A stretch of 64,000 bases of DNA. It comes from Acidobacteriota bacterium (lineage in GTDB: Bacteria; Acidobacteriota; Terriglobia; UBA7540). The stretch lies in NCBI GenBank assembly GCA_003225365.1, contig QHZN01000079.1:2459-66458 (forward strand), written 5' to 3'. Position 1 is the stretch's first letter; each line of letters begins with the position of its first letter. The translations under genes were made by a program, and so were the position numbers. Shown in pieces: positions 10,269 to 20,500 of the stretch. The notes beneath the pieces are model-generated. The model made no database searches and had not been told where the DNA came from. It saw only the letters and a list, made by a program, of their open reading frames with translations.

Positions 10269-11144
10269 CTAAAGCTTGAGGGATTTCAGGTATTTCCTAA
10301 AGGGCTTTCCGAGGTCCGCACGCTTAAGCGCGAATTCCACTGTGGCTTTGAGGAAACCCAGCTTGTCGCCTGCGTCGTACCGTTTGCCCTCGAAGAGGTA
10401 GCCATACACGGTTTCTCTGCCGAGCAGGCTGCGAAGCGCGTCGGTCAACTGTATCTCGCCTCCCGTCCCCGGGTGAGTGGCCTCCAGCTCCTGGAAGACG
10501 GCGGGGGTAAGGATGTACCGCCCGATGATCGCCAGGTCCGAAGGGGCTTTCTCGGGGCTCGGCTTTTCGACCATATCCAGGATGCGGAAGAGTCGCCCGC
10601 GCCAGGTGCCGCCTCGGACCACCTCGGCTCGGATGACGCCGTAGCTTGAAACTTCGTGGCGGCTCACGCGCTGGATGGCGATGACGCTCGCTCCGAAATG
10701 CTCGTAAACATCCATCATTTGTCCGAGGCAAGGCCTTTCACTCTCGATGACGTCGTCGGAGAGCGCGACGGCGAAAGGCTCCTCGCCGACGGCGGGCTTC
10801 GCGGTCAGGATGGCGTGGCCCAGGCCGCGCGCCTCCGCCTGGCGGACATAAATTACTTCGCGCAAACCAGAAATCGCGTGCAGCTCGCGGCGAAGGTCGT
10901 GCTTCCCCCGCCCCGCAAGCTCGTGCTCGAGCTCGAAGGAGACGTCAAAATGGTTCTCGATGGCGGACTTCCCGCGGCCGGTCACAAACACCACCATGGG
11001 GATGCCCGCGCGAGCCACTTCCTCGACGGCATATTGAACCAGGGGCTTGTCAACGATCGGCAGCATTTCCTTGGGTTGCGCCTTGGTGGCGGGCAAGAAT
11101 CGCGTGCCTAGTCCGGCGACAGGAAGAACCGCTTTGCGAATCAT
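10269..11144 (-). CDS. galU: UTP--glucose-1-phosphate uridylyltransferase
   Basis: MIRKAVLPVAGLGTRFLPATKAQPKEMLPIVDKPLVQYAVEE plus VEKP are GalU signatures. The ATG at 11144 has GAAAGG upstream; the longer ORF extension shows no homology. Confidence 0.9.
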   Translation of the reverse strand: MIRKAVLPVAGLGTRFLPATKAQPKEMLPIVDKPLVQYAVEEVARAGIPMVVFVTGRGKSAIENHFDVSFELEHELAGRGKHDLRRELHAISGLREVIYVRQAEARGLGHAILTAKPAVGEEPFAVALSDDVIESERPCLGQMMDVYEHFGASVIAIQRVSRHEVSSYGVIRAEVVRGGTWRGRLFRILDMVEKPSPEKAPSDLAIIGRYILTPAVFQELEATHPGTGGEIQLTDALRSLLGRETVYGYLFEGKRYDAGDKLGFLKATVEFALKRADLGKPFRKYLKSLKL

Positions 11145-11227
11145 CGTGTGACCTTTCCGCTCGAGAACAGCGCCATGGGATTCGAAGACCAATTTCCTGG
11201 CTATGCTAACATAGCCCAAGACCGGAT

Positions 11228-12355
11228 ATGCGAGTCCTCGGCATCGAAACGAGCTGCGACGAGACGGCGGCCGCCGTGGTCGAAAACGGCGAGCGGATTC
11301 TTTCGAACGTCGTCGCCTCGCAAGTGCGCATGCACGAGAAATACGGCGGCGTGGTGCCGGAACTCGCCTCGCGCGAGCACCTGAAAAGGATCGTGCCAGT
11401 GGTACGCGAAGCCTGCGAGCGCGCGGCGTTGGGATGGGAGGGGATTGACGGCATCGCCGTGACCGAAGGCCCAGGCCTCGTGGGCTCGCTTCTGGTCGGC
11501 GTGGTTTACGGCAAGGCGTTGGCGCGAGCGCTCTCGAAGCCCCTGGTCGGGGTGAATCACCTCGAAGGGCACGTCCACTCCGTGTTGCTTTATAACAAAG
11601 CCGAGCGCGCCGAGGGCGCAGCCCTCCTCGAAGCTGTTCTGCCCGCAGTGGCGCTGATTGTTTCCGGCGGGCACACCTGCCTCGTCCACGTCCATTCGAC
11701 GGCTTCGGATGGCAACCAGGCTTTCTCGTATCGCCGCCTCGGGCAGACGCGCGATGACGCCGCGGGGGAGGCCTTCGATAAAGTCGCCAAGCTCCTCGCG
11801 CTCGGCTACCCAGGCGGTCCGGTCATTGACCGCTTGGCGCGGCACGGCGACGCGGCTCGAGTGGAGTTCGGGAAAGTCAAGATGAAGGGGAATCCCTTCG
11901 ACTTCAGCTTTTCCGGGCTCAAGACGGCGGTGCTCTACCGCGTGCGCGGCACCCCGCTTGCGGACGAAGCCGCCGCCCGGCGCTCGCGCCGCGAAGCGGC
12001 CGGTCCTCTCGCATTCGAGGAGGTGCGGAAGCTCTGCTCGCCCCCCACGCTCGATCTCGTCGCGGGTTTCCAGGAAGCCGTTGTCAATGATTTGGTCGGG
12101 CGTGCGTTCGCCGCCGCGGAATCGGAGCGCGTCCAGACGATTTTCGTCTCGGGCGGCGTGGCGGCGAACTCGCGCCTTCGCGAACGGTTTGCGGCCAGGG
12201 CGGAAAGGGGCGGCTACACAATCCATTTCCCTTCCCCGGCACTGTGCACCGACAACGCCGCGATGATCGCCGCGGCGGGCTACTTCAAGTTACAGAACAG
12301 CGAACGCGCCGGCCCCACTCTTACTGCGCATGCTTCCCTGCCCCTTGGCACCTGA
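11228..12355 (+). CDS. tsaD: tRNA N6-adenosine threonylcarbamoyltransferase TsaD
   Basis: MRVLGIETSCDETAAAVV...NHLEGH...GEAFDKVAKLL..GYPGGP...SGGVAAN are Kae1/TsaD motifs. Confidence 0.95.
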   Translation: MRVLGIETSCDETAAAVVENGERILSNVVASQVRMHEKYGGVVPELASREHLKRIVPVVREACERAALGWEGIDGIAVTEGPGLVGSLLVGVVYGKALARALSKPLVGVNHLEGHVHSVLLYNKAERAEGAALLEAVLPAVALIVSGGHTCLVHVHSTASDGNQAFSYRRLGQTRDDAAGEAFDKVAKLLALGYPGGPVIDRLARHGDAARVEFGKVKMKGNPFDFSFSGLKTAVLYRVRGTPLADEAAARRSRREAAGPLAFEEVRKLCSPPTLDLVAGFQEAVVNDLVGRAFAAAESERVQTIFVSGGVAANSRLRERFAARAERGGYTIHFPSPALCTDNAAMIAAAGYFKLQNSERAGPTLTAHASLPLGT

Positions 12356-12585
12356 GGCTCACTTCGCCGCCTCCCAAAACATTTAGCCACGCCCCAACAG
12401 CTTCCGCTAGTGTCGTTCCAACTTAAATGCTTAAGACATGAAAGTCGGTGCCGACCTAAAAATCGATATTTCGCAAAGCGAAAAACATGGCGCTGATAGT
12501 TGGAACGGCACTAGAATTGCCGCCTCTGGCGGCAGGCTCGACGACTCCGACCCTCGGCGTGAGGAGTAGCCGCGCGAAGAAATCC

Positions 12586-14697
12586 ATGCGCCTGGGCGTT
12601 GATACCGGCGGAACGTTTACCGATTGCGTCGCCATAGTCGGCGGAATAGTCCGCGTCGCCAAAGTGTTCTCCACACCAGGGGATCCGGGGCGCGGGATTT
12701 TGGAAGGGATGCAAGCTCTCAGCCGCGCCGGAGGGCGGATTCGAACGGGGCCGCTCGAGATCATCCACGGCACCACGGTGGGGACGAACACCTTGCTCGA
12801 GCGCAGCGGGGCGCGGGTCGCCCTGGTGACTTCGGCCGGCTTCGAAGATCTCATCGAAATCGGCCGGCAAAACCGCCCGAAACTTTACGATTTGTGCGGG
12901 CGACGGGATCCGCCGCTGGTTCCCCGCGCCCTGCGCTGGGGCATCGCGGAGCGGACCGTCGCAGGCGGCCGGATTCTCAAGCGTCCCGAGCTGGGCGCGG
13001 TTCGGCGCCTGGCGCGCGCCATCGAGAGGGCCCGCGCTGAGTCCCTCGCCATCTGCTTCCTGTTTTCGTTCGCCAACCCGGAAAATGAACGCTGCGTCGC
13101 CCGCGTTCTCGGCCGGCTCAGGCTTCCGATTTCTGTCTCGTCTGAAATCCTTCCCGAATTCCGCGAATACGAGCGCCTATCAACCGTGGTAGTGAATGCC
13201 TACCTGGCGCCGCGATTGGGCAGTTATTTTGAAGGCCTGCGGAAATGGTTCGAAATGCCCGCGAGACCACGCGACGGCGCTGGCGGGCTCTCAAAGGGCC
13301 TGCGGGGCTCTGTACCGTATGGTACGCGGCGGGGCAAGCTATTCGTCATGCAGTCGAGTGGAGGCATCACCGCGGCTGGCCGGGCGGCGCGCGAGCCCGT
13401 GCGGACGATCCTCTCCGGCCCGGCGGGCGGCGTGGTCGCGGCGCGGAAGCTCGGCGAACTCGTGGGCGTCGAAAAAGCCATCAGCTTCGACATGGGTGGC
13501 ACCTCCACTGATGTTTGCCTGCTTCCGGCTGCCACAACCCGCGAAACGCTCGTTGCCGGAGTGCCCGTCGCCGTACCCGTGCTCGATATCCACACGGTCG
13601 GCGCAGGCGGCGGGTCTGTGGCGCGCATGGATGCGGGCGGCGCACTGCGTGTCGGGCCGGAAAGCGCTGGCGCCAGCCCCGGGCCCGCCTGCTACGGGCG
13701 CGGCGGGACGCGGCCAACTACCACCGACGCCCACCTCATCCTCGGCAGGCTTGACCCTGATTTTTTTCTCGGCGGGCAATTTCGCCTCGACCGGAAGGCG
13801 GCCGAACAGACTTTTGCATACTTCATGACTCACTCCAGGGACTCGGGATCCGGTGCGCGCTTCAAGGATTCATTCGAGCTTGCGCGCGGAATCATCAAAG
13901 TTTCGAACGCCACCATGGAGCGCGCGCTGCGCGTGATTTCGGTCGAGCGTGGACACGATCCGCGCGACTTCAGTCTGATTTGCTTCGGAGGCGCGGGCGG
14001 CCTACACGCGGCAGACCTCGCGCGCGGGCTCGGCCTTCGCGGCGTTATCGTGCCTCGCCAGCCGGGCGCGTTTTCGGCGCTCGGCATTTTGTGCTCCGAC
14101 ATCATCCGCGACGTTTCCGAATCCCTGCTCGTCCGTGTCCCGGAGAGGCCCGCGGCCCAGTTTGCGGCTTTTTTCTCCGCGCTCGTGCGCCGGTTTGAGC
14201 GGCTCGAAGCCAGAGCGCGGCGGGAGCTTGCGGCAGACTGCTTCCACGCCGCGTCGGCAATCTCCGAGCGGCGGCTCGAGATCCGCTACGTCGGCCAGTC
14301 CTACGAGCTTTCGGTGCCTTTCACCCCGAACTTCGAGAGGCGCTTTCAAGCCGAACACGAACGCGCGCATGGATACTTCCACGTGGGCCGCGCAATCGAG
14401 ATCGTCAACCTCCGCGCGAGGCTCGCGATTCCGGTCGCGCAGCCAGCGATGCGCCGGGCAGCGTTGAAACCTGCGAAGCGCACGCCGCCAAAGCCCTTGC
14501 GTGTGAAACCCGTGTGGTTCGAATCCGGCGTTCTGCCTACTCTGTTCTTCGAGCGCGATTCACTCCCGGCAGGTGTCATGGTGAAAGGCCCGGCCGTGGT
14601 GGTCGAGTACAGCGCCACGACCGTTGTTCCGCCCGATTTCACCTGCCACGTGGACCGCTACCTAAACCTGCGACTGGAGTGCGCCGTTGAACATTGA
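12586..14697 (+). CDS. Hydantoinase/oxoprolinase family protein, A subunit (HyuA-like)
   Basis: MRLGVDTGGTFTDCV at the N-terminus, with FDMGGTSTDV and HTVGAGGGS blocks. I chose the start at ATG 12586, where homology begins. Confidence 0.85.
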   Translation: MRLGVDTGGTFTDCVAIVGGIVRVAKVFSTPGDPGRGILEGMQALSRAGGRIRTGPLEIIHGTTVGTNTLLERSGARVALVTSAGFEDLIEIGRQNRPKLYDLCGRRDPPLVPRALRWGIAERTVAGGRILKRPELGAVRRLARAIERARAESLAICFLFSFANPENERCVARVLGRLRLPISVSSEILPEFREYERLSTVVVNAYLAPRLGSYFEGLRKWFEMPARPRDGAGGLSKGLRGSVPYGTRRGKLFVMQSSGGITAAGRAAREPVRTILSGPAGGVVAARKLGELVGVEKAISFDMGGTSTDVCLLPAATTRETLVAGVPVAVPVLDIHTVGAGGGSVARMDAGGALRVGPESAGASPGPACYGRGGTRPTTTDAHLILGRLDPDFFLGGQFRLDRKAAEQTFAYFMTHSRDSGSGARFKDSFELARGIIKVSNATMERALRVISVERGHDPRDFSLICFGGAGGLHAADLARGLGLRGVIVPRQPGAFSALGILCSDIIRDVSESLLVRVPERPAAQFAAFFSALVRRFERLEARARRELAADCFHAASAISERRLEIRYVGQSYELSVPFTPNFERRFQAEHERAHGYFHVGRAIEIVNLRARLAIPVAQPAMRRAALKPAKRTPPKPLRVKPVWFESGVLPTLFFERDSLPAGVMVKGPAVVVEYSATTVVPPDFTCHVDRYLNLRLECAVEH

Positions 14698-16339
14698 CGC
14701 CGCGGAACTCGAGATTTTCAAAAACCTTTTGCACTCCGTCGCCGAGGAGATGGGCGCGGCGCTCCGGCGCTCCGCCTTCTCCGCAAACATCAAAGAGCGG
14801 CGCGACTACTCCTGTGCGGTCTTCGACGGCCGCGGGCGGGCCGTGGCCATGGGCGACCACATGCCGGTGCATTTGGGCTCGATGCCGATGTCGGTCGAGG
14901 CTGCGCGCGCCGCGCTGGCGCTTGAGGCAGGCGATATCGCCATGCTGAACGATCCCTACTCCGGTGGGACCCATTTGCCCGACATCACGCTGGTGATGCC
15001 TGTCGCCGATGGTGACGGGGGGGTGTCGCACCCGCATTCAGGGCGAAGCGGCCGGGTTCGCCCGCTCTTCTACGTCGCAAACCGGGCGCATCACGCCGAC
15101 GTCGGCGGCGCGACGCCCGCTTCCATGGGGCTAAGCCGCGAGGTTTTTGAAGAAGGCTTGCGTATTCCGCCCGTCCGCCTCGCCCGCGGCGGCCGCATCG
15201 AGCCGGACGTCATGGCACTGCTCCTCGCCAACGTGCGAACGCCCGAGGAGCGTCAAGGCGATTTAAACGCGCAGGTCGCGGCCGCAAAGCTTGGCGAGCG
15301 CCGGCTGCGGGAGATCGTCTCGAAATATGGAGCGCGCAAGGTAGAGTTCTATCTGGATGCGCTCCAACGCTACTCCGCGGCGCTGATGAAGAAGGCGCTT
15401 CGAGGCATTCCGGACGGGACTTATGGAGCTGAGGATTTTCTGGACGACGACGGCTTCGGCCGAGGACCAATCCCCTTGCGCGTCGCCATCCGGATCCGGC
15501 GCGGGCTGGCGCAGGTGGATTTTGCAGGGACCTCCCCCGCCGTGTGCGGCAACCTGAACGCGGTGCTCGCGGTGACGACCTCGGCTGTGTTTTACGTTTT
15601 CCGGTGCCTCCTCGGGGAAGATGTTCCCGCGTGCGCAGGCCTGATGGAACCGATTGAAGTCCGCGCGCCCGAGGGGTCGGTGGTCAACGCCCGGCCGCCC
15701 GCCGCCGTTGCCGCCGGAAACGTGGAGACCTCGCAGCGAATTGTGGACGTGTTGCTTCGGGCCCTCGCCAAAGCCCTTCCAGACCGTATTCCCGCGGCGA
15801 GTTCCGGTACGATGAACAATCTTTCATTCGGCGGCGTTCACCCCGCGCTCGGTTCTCCGTTCACCTATTATGAAACCATCGCCGGCGGCATGGGCGCCGG
15901 GCCCCAAGGCGACGGCTTGAGCGGAGTCCACACACACATGACGAATTCGCTCAATACGCCCGTCGAGGCGCTGGAATCGGCTTTTCCCGTGCGGGTGCGG
16001 CGTTATTCCCTGCGGCGTGCTTCGGGCGGGCGAGGGCGCCACCGCGGCGGCGACGGCATCATCCGCGAAATTGAGTTCCTTGCCGATGTCCGTGGGAGTA
16101 TTCTATCCGACCGGCGCCGCTTCGGACCGTACGGACTGGCCGGTGGCGAGAGAGGCCGGCCCGGCAACAATATTTTGATTCTGCCCGGACGAAGGAGAGT
16201 GAAACTGGCCGGAAAAACTCTCTTCGAGGCCCCGGCGGGAAGCATCCTGCGCATCGAATCTCCCGGGGGAGGCGGCTGGGGAAAGGCAGAGCAGAAATCA
16301 GAAACTAGAAATCAGAACAAGTTGACGGTCGAAGGTTGA
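14687..16339 (+). CDS. Hydantoinase B/oxoprolinase family protein (HyuB-like)
   Basis: LEIFKNLLHSVAEEMGAALRRSAFSANIKERRDYSCAVFD...LNDPY.GGTHLPD are HyuB signatures. The TTG start overlaps the hyuA-like stop. The last ~15 codons are encoded by the heptad repeat arm. Confidence 0.85.
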   Translation: MNIDAAELEIFKNLLHSVAEEMGAALRRSAFSANIKERRDYSCAVFDGRGRAVAMGDHMPVHLGSMPMSVEAARAALALEAGDIAMLNDPYSGGTHLPDITLVMPVADGDGGVSHPHSGRSGRVRPLFYVANRAHHADVGGATPASMGLSREVFEEGLRIPPVRLARGGRIEPDVMALLLANVRTPEERQGDLNAQVAAAKLGERRLREIVSKYGARKVEFYLDALQRYSAALMKKALRGIPDGTYGAEDFLDDDGFGRGPIPLRVAIRIRRGLAQVDFAGTSPAVCGNLNAVLAVTTSAVFYVFRCLLGEDVPACAGLMEPIEVRAPEGSVVNARPPAAVAAGNVETSQRIVDVLLRALAKALPDRIPAASSGTMNNLSFGGVHPALGSPFTYYETIAGGMGAGPQGDGLSGVHTHMTNSLNTPVEALESAFPVRVRRYSLRRASGGRGRHRGGDGIIREIEFLADVRGSILSDRRRFGPYGLAGGERGRPGNNILILPGRRRVKLAGKTLFEAPAGSILRIESPGGGGWGKAEQKSETRNQNKLTVEG

Positions 16340-16450
16340 AGGTAAGAACTTTTTGATCTTTGACTTTCGGCCTGTTTTGACTCCCGCGTTCTGGCTTCTG
16401 ACTTCTGGGTCCTGCCTTCTGATTTCTAGTTTCTGATTTCTGATTTTTAG
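16285..16450. repeat. Palindromic array of degenerate heptads (CAGAAAN / TTCTGAN), including a perfect 26-bp inverted repeat
   Basis: CAGAAATCAGAAACTAGAAATCAGAA (16292..16317) is the exact reverse complement of 16417..16442. The flanking sequence keeps 7-nt periodicity, e.g. TTCTGGC TTCTGAC TTCTGGG TCCTGCC TTCTGAT TTCTAGT TTCTGAT. Confidence 0.85.
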
Positions 16451-16463
16451 TGGAGGAGGCCCC

Positions 16464-17435
16464 ATGGATTCTGTTGATCGTCGAAGCTTTATCAAGACCG
16501 TGGCCGGCGCGGCGGCGCTAGCCGCGGGGGATTTCGACGCGCGCGCGGCGGAATCCGGTGGCCCGGTGTTTCTTTCCACCTGGGAGCACGGCAAGCCGGC
16601 GAACGACCGCGCCGCGGAAGTCTTTAAGTCGGGCGCGAGCCTCCTCGACGCCATCGAAAAAGGCATCAATGTCCCCGAAAACGACCCCAACGTCATGAGC
16701 GTCGGCTATGGCGGCCTGCCGAACGAAGAAGGCATGGTCGAGCTCGACGCCGCCATCATGGACGGCACGCGGCATCGCGCGGGCGCCGTGGCCTCGCTGC
16801 ACAACATCAAGAACCCGATTTCGGTGGCGCGGCAAGTCCTCGAAAAGACGAAACACACGACGATGGCCGGCGAAGGGGCGTTCCGCTTCGCGCTCCGGAC
16901 AGGATTCAAACCCGAGCAACTGCTGACGCCCGAAAGCCTGAAACGCTGGCTGGAATGGAAAGCCAAGCCCGAGCGCGAAACATTCTGGCTCAGCGCGTCC
17001 AATCACGACACGATCGGGATGGTGGGCACGGACGGACGCGGGCACGTGGTCTCGGGCTGCTCGACCTCAGGCTTGGCGTGGAAGATTCCGGGGCGTGTGG
17101 GCGACTCACCGCTGGTCGGCTGCGGAGTCTATGCGGATGACAACGTCGGCGCAGCAAGCGCCACCGGCGACGGCGACTTGATGACGAACTACTGCACCAG
17201 CATCTCCATCGTCCATTACATGGCCCGCGGCATGTCGCCCCAGGACGCTTGCGCCGCGCTCCTCCAGCACGTGGCCGACAGCGATCCCGCCAACCGCGCG
17301 GGGTTCGTCTGCGTCATCGCAATTAGTAATAAGGGCGAGGTGGGCGCGGCATCGATGAACTCCAAGTTTCGCTTGAAGTACGCGCTGTGGCGCGACGGCC
17401 AGAGCCAGTTGCTGGATTCGGTTGTGCTGTATTGA
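16464..17435 (+). CDS. Glycosylasparaginase / isoaspartyl peptidase family Ntn-hydrolase with Tat-type signal
   Basis: RRSFIKTVAGAAALAA is a twin-arginine signal. The NHDTIGMVGTD autoprocessing Thr block and GAASATGDGD block are typical of the asparaginase-2 family. Confidence 0.85.
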   Translation: MDSVDRRSFIKTVAGAAALAAGDFDARAAESGGPVFLSTWEHGKPANDRAAEVFKSGASLLDAIEKGINVPENDPNVMSVGYGGLPNEEGMVELDAAIMDGTRHRAGAVASLHNIKNPISVARQVLEKTKHTTMAGEGAFRFALRTGFKPEQLLTPESLKRWLEWKAKPERETFWLSASNHDTIGMVGTDGRGHVVSGCSTSGLAWKIPGRVGDSPLVGCGVYADDNVGAASATGDGDLMTNYCTSISIVHYMARGMSPQDACAALLQHVADSDPANRAGFVCVIAISNKGEVGAASMNSKFRLKYALWRDGQSQLLDSVVLY

Positions 17436-17470
17436 TCCTCAATATCCGCACATTTCGCTGCGCTCGATTA

Positions 17471-17566
17471 GTCATTCTGGTCCCGCGAAGCGGGAGAAGA
17501 ATCCCTCGTTTCTGTATCGACGCAAACAAGGGATGTTTCTCCCTGACTGCGCGATCAGCATGACAG
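17471..17566. repeat. Copy of the short dispersed hairpin repeat (GTCATTCTG..GAAGAATCC type)
   Basis: GTCATTCTGGTCCCGCGAAGCGGGAGAAGAATCCC, followed later by TCAGCATGACA. The same motifs occur in the elements at 35823, 53715, 53995 and 63268. Confidence 0.55.
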
Positions 17567-17583
17567 CGTAGGCCGCCCCGGCC

Positions 17584-20500
17584 TCACCGAAATTGGGGGT
17601 TCCGAGATGTAGTCGGCAGGAACATCCACGCCAGAACCGCAGCCACCAGCATCGCAAGAGCGACGCCGTTCCAGCGGTAGAACGGCGCCGGATCAGAAAA
17701 CAGGTTAACCATTGGGCCGACCGCGGGCGCGCAAAAAGCCGCCGCAAGGTAGGCCAAAATATTGTCGCGGAAAAAGATTGAAACGATCGCCACGCCCCCG
17801 AGCAGGCTTAGGGCGGACGCCCCCCATTTCAGGAAAAACTCCGCCGCGGAATGCGAACCCGTGGGGCCGAGCGCGACGAGAAAGACCAGCGCCAAAGGCA
17901 GCAGCCACCAGGGCCGCCCTTTTATCCCGCTGCGCACGATGTAGATCACGATTCCGATAATTGCAGGATAGAGAAACCCCAACTCCAGGCATGCGAGGAA
18001 GAACGACCCGCCCGGGAAGACGCCGTCGAGGCCTCCGGGCAGAATGGCGACGTTGATCGGCGCGAAGGTGTGAAAATGGTCGGCGACCCGTGTGCTGAGC
18101 CGGCCGAAAGCCGCTGCCGACGCCAAAAACAGCGCGACCGAAACCAGCGCGTCTCGCCTCCAGGTGCGACGAGCCGGGCCCTGGAAGATGCGCCATGCCG
18201 CCGGGTAAAGGCTTGTCGCGAGGCCCACCACGAGCCATACCAGAACTGAGCCAATCAGTGGAAACAAAAACAGCGCCACCGCAATGAGCACCCGAAAAGA
18301 TCCCAGCGGAATCGAGGTTTGGTAGAGGCGATCCAGAGTGGGTGTCTGATTGAGTTCGGAAAGGAGCACCACCACGAAGAAGACCGAGGCCAGGATCAAG
18401 GACCGCCGCCAGCGGATGGCGCCGGCGCGGACTTGCTTCACAAACACGGCAAGCATGGCGGCGAGTATGACGCTGCCACAAATAATTCCGAGACCGATCA
18501 TGACCCAGTTGAAAAGCGACCTGGCCGTACGCTCGCGAGTCCATTCTTCAGGAAGCTTGAAATAGGAGTTGAAGCCCACGACCTGGCCGCCGGCGATTTC
18601 AACCTCCAAGCGGTGCTTCGCGTCGCCGACGTTTAGTGGGTCACCCGGCTTCGCCTGCCAACGGACGTCGTAATGCTGGAGCTTTTCGGGCTTCGTCGCG
18701 TCGAGCCCTTGCAATTCGAATTTCGAAAGGTCGTAACCCTTCTGACTGAGAAAAGTTTCGGAGAGCGCCTTCGCCGCGTCGGAACCAATCTCCGGCCCGG
18801 CCATGCTTTCATCCATTTGGTGCTGGAAGGAGAATACCTGCCCGGTGTCGGCGTCGATCTTAACCTGGTATTCCTCTTTCTCCATGGGGCGGAAATAACG
18901 GGCGTTCCAAAGCAGAATCTTCGACGCCTGGCGATAGATCCGGTCGGCTTCCTCAACGCTCCGGCGCTCCAGGAGATACCGGAGTGAAAGGGCGTCGGCG
19001 TTTTCCTCGAGCCAAGCCGCTCGGCGGAATTTCGTTGGATCAATCTGCCGAGCCTTAAAGAAATCGTCCGAAAGGCGCAAGGCCCCCGCCCGCGTCGTGC
19101 GCAACTTGATGCCTTTGCCGAATTCGTACACGGGAATGAACGCCACGGCGGCCAGAACGACTGTCAAAAGAACTGCCCCCCAAAGTCGTGAAGCCGGCAA
19201 GGGCTGATAGGCAAGCGGAGCTTCGGCCTCAGCCGGGCGCTCCTCCGCAAGGCGTCGCGCGGAGCCCGCGCTCGCGTTGGTCAAAGCCGCTTCGTCCGCG
19301 AACGTTCCCGTCCGCAAATAGGCGACGAGCGCCACACCCAGCGGGACGAGCATGACGCCCGCCGTCACTGCGCCAGAAACCATCAAGTAACTGTTCCCGG
19401 AGCGCAAGAGCAAAAAAGCTGTGTAGAGCGCGTCCACGGAAAAGTGCCAGATCATCGTGGCAATGATGCCGAAGCGCATCATAACAACGCCGATCAGGAT
19501 GCCGCCGAGGCCCACTTCCAGCCCGCGGATGAAGAACGGCTGATTGGGGTAGGCCGAGTGCAAGAACGACCACATGAATGCCGCGAGGACCACGCGTAGC
19601 CACCGCGTGCGCGTCAGCCGGCTCAAGAACGGGATGGCAAAGGCGCGGAACTGGGTCTCTTCCGACACCGCGGGCACGAATCCCATGAAGAGCACCCACA
19701 CCCACGGCCAGCGTGTGTTCAGGAGATCCGAGTACTGGATGTCAGCGGGCGCCCAAGCGCCGAGCCGGTTGGCGATCAGGTAGAAAATCGTTTGGTAGGC
19801 GAAGAAGAAGAACGTCATAGTGATGCCGACCACGTTGGCGATGAAAAACGAGCGCGTGCGCACACCTTGCCAGGTGAACGCCTTGCGGATGGACTGCAGG
19901 CGCGGGAAATGCTCTCGGTAGTAAGGCTCGGAGCTTCCCACCAGTATAAAAATCCCCACGCCGACAGCGAGCGACCAAACTACGCTGCGGACGAAATACC
20001 CGGCGAGAAAGCTCGAGTAAGCGTCGCGCGTGTCGTAGCCGAACTGGGCGAGGGAGAAATCGTTTAGTTGTCCGAGAAAATAGAGGACGGCGGCAACCAG
20101 GCCGAACGCTGCAGCCATTAGGATGGGGGCGTCGCGGTCGCGCAGGCGAAGGATGAGGATGCCAACCATAGCGATGCTCAACAGAGTCCAAAAGACCTGG
20201 GCGACCGTTTGCGCCACGTCGTTTCTCGAGCGCAGGTCCTCGTAGTCGCGCGTCCATTTCTCGGGGATTTCCAGGAATTCGCCGTAGCCGCCCACGCGGT
20301 CGCCGTCCACTCCCACTTGAACGCGCCCGCTCGCCTCCCCGAGAGCCATGTCCCTCTGCTTCCAGGTGAACGTGTAATCGGTGCGGGCCTTGCGCTTCTC
20401 GGTCTTGGTTTCGACAAAGTCGAGATCGGAAAGCGCGCGGTGCACGGCGTCGCCCAGGAATTTTTCCGCCAGGGCGCGCGCGGCGGCTTCGTCCAGGCTC

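Noticed and set aside
11201-12226. 341-aa minus-strand ORF overlapping tsaD.
   Set aside because: Shadow ORF of a confidently identified gene, with no recognisable motifs.
14512-14530. T-loop-like GGTTCGAATCC motifs inside coding regions (about 14515 in hyuA, a related GGATTCGAAC at about 12731, and GGATTCAAACC at about 16895).
   Set aside because: There is no surrounding cloverleaf (acceptor, D or anticodon arms). The motifs are embedded in well-supported coding frames.
16285-16450. Whether the heptad arrays (also at 27661 and 56650) are CRISPR arrays.
   Set aside because: The units are 7 nt long and contiguous, with no spacers. There are no 25-40-nt repeats and no cas genes in the window.
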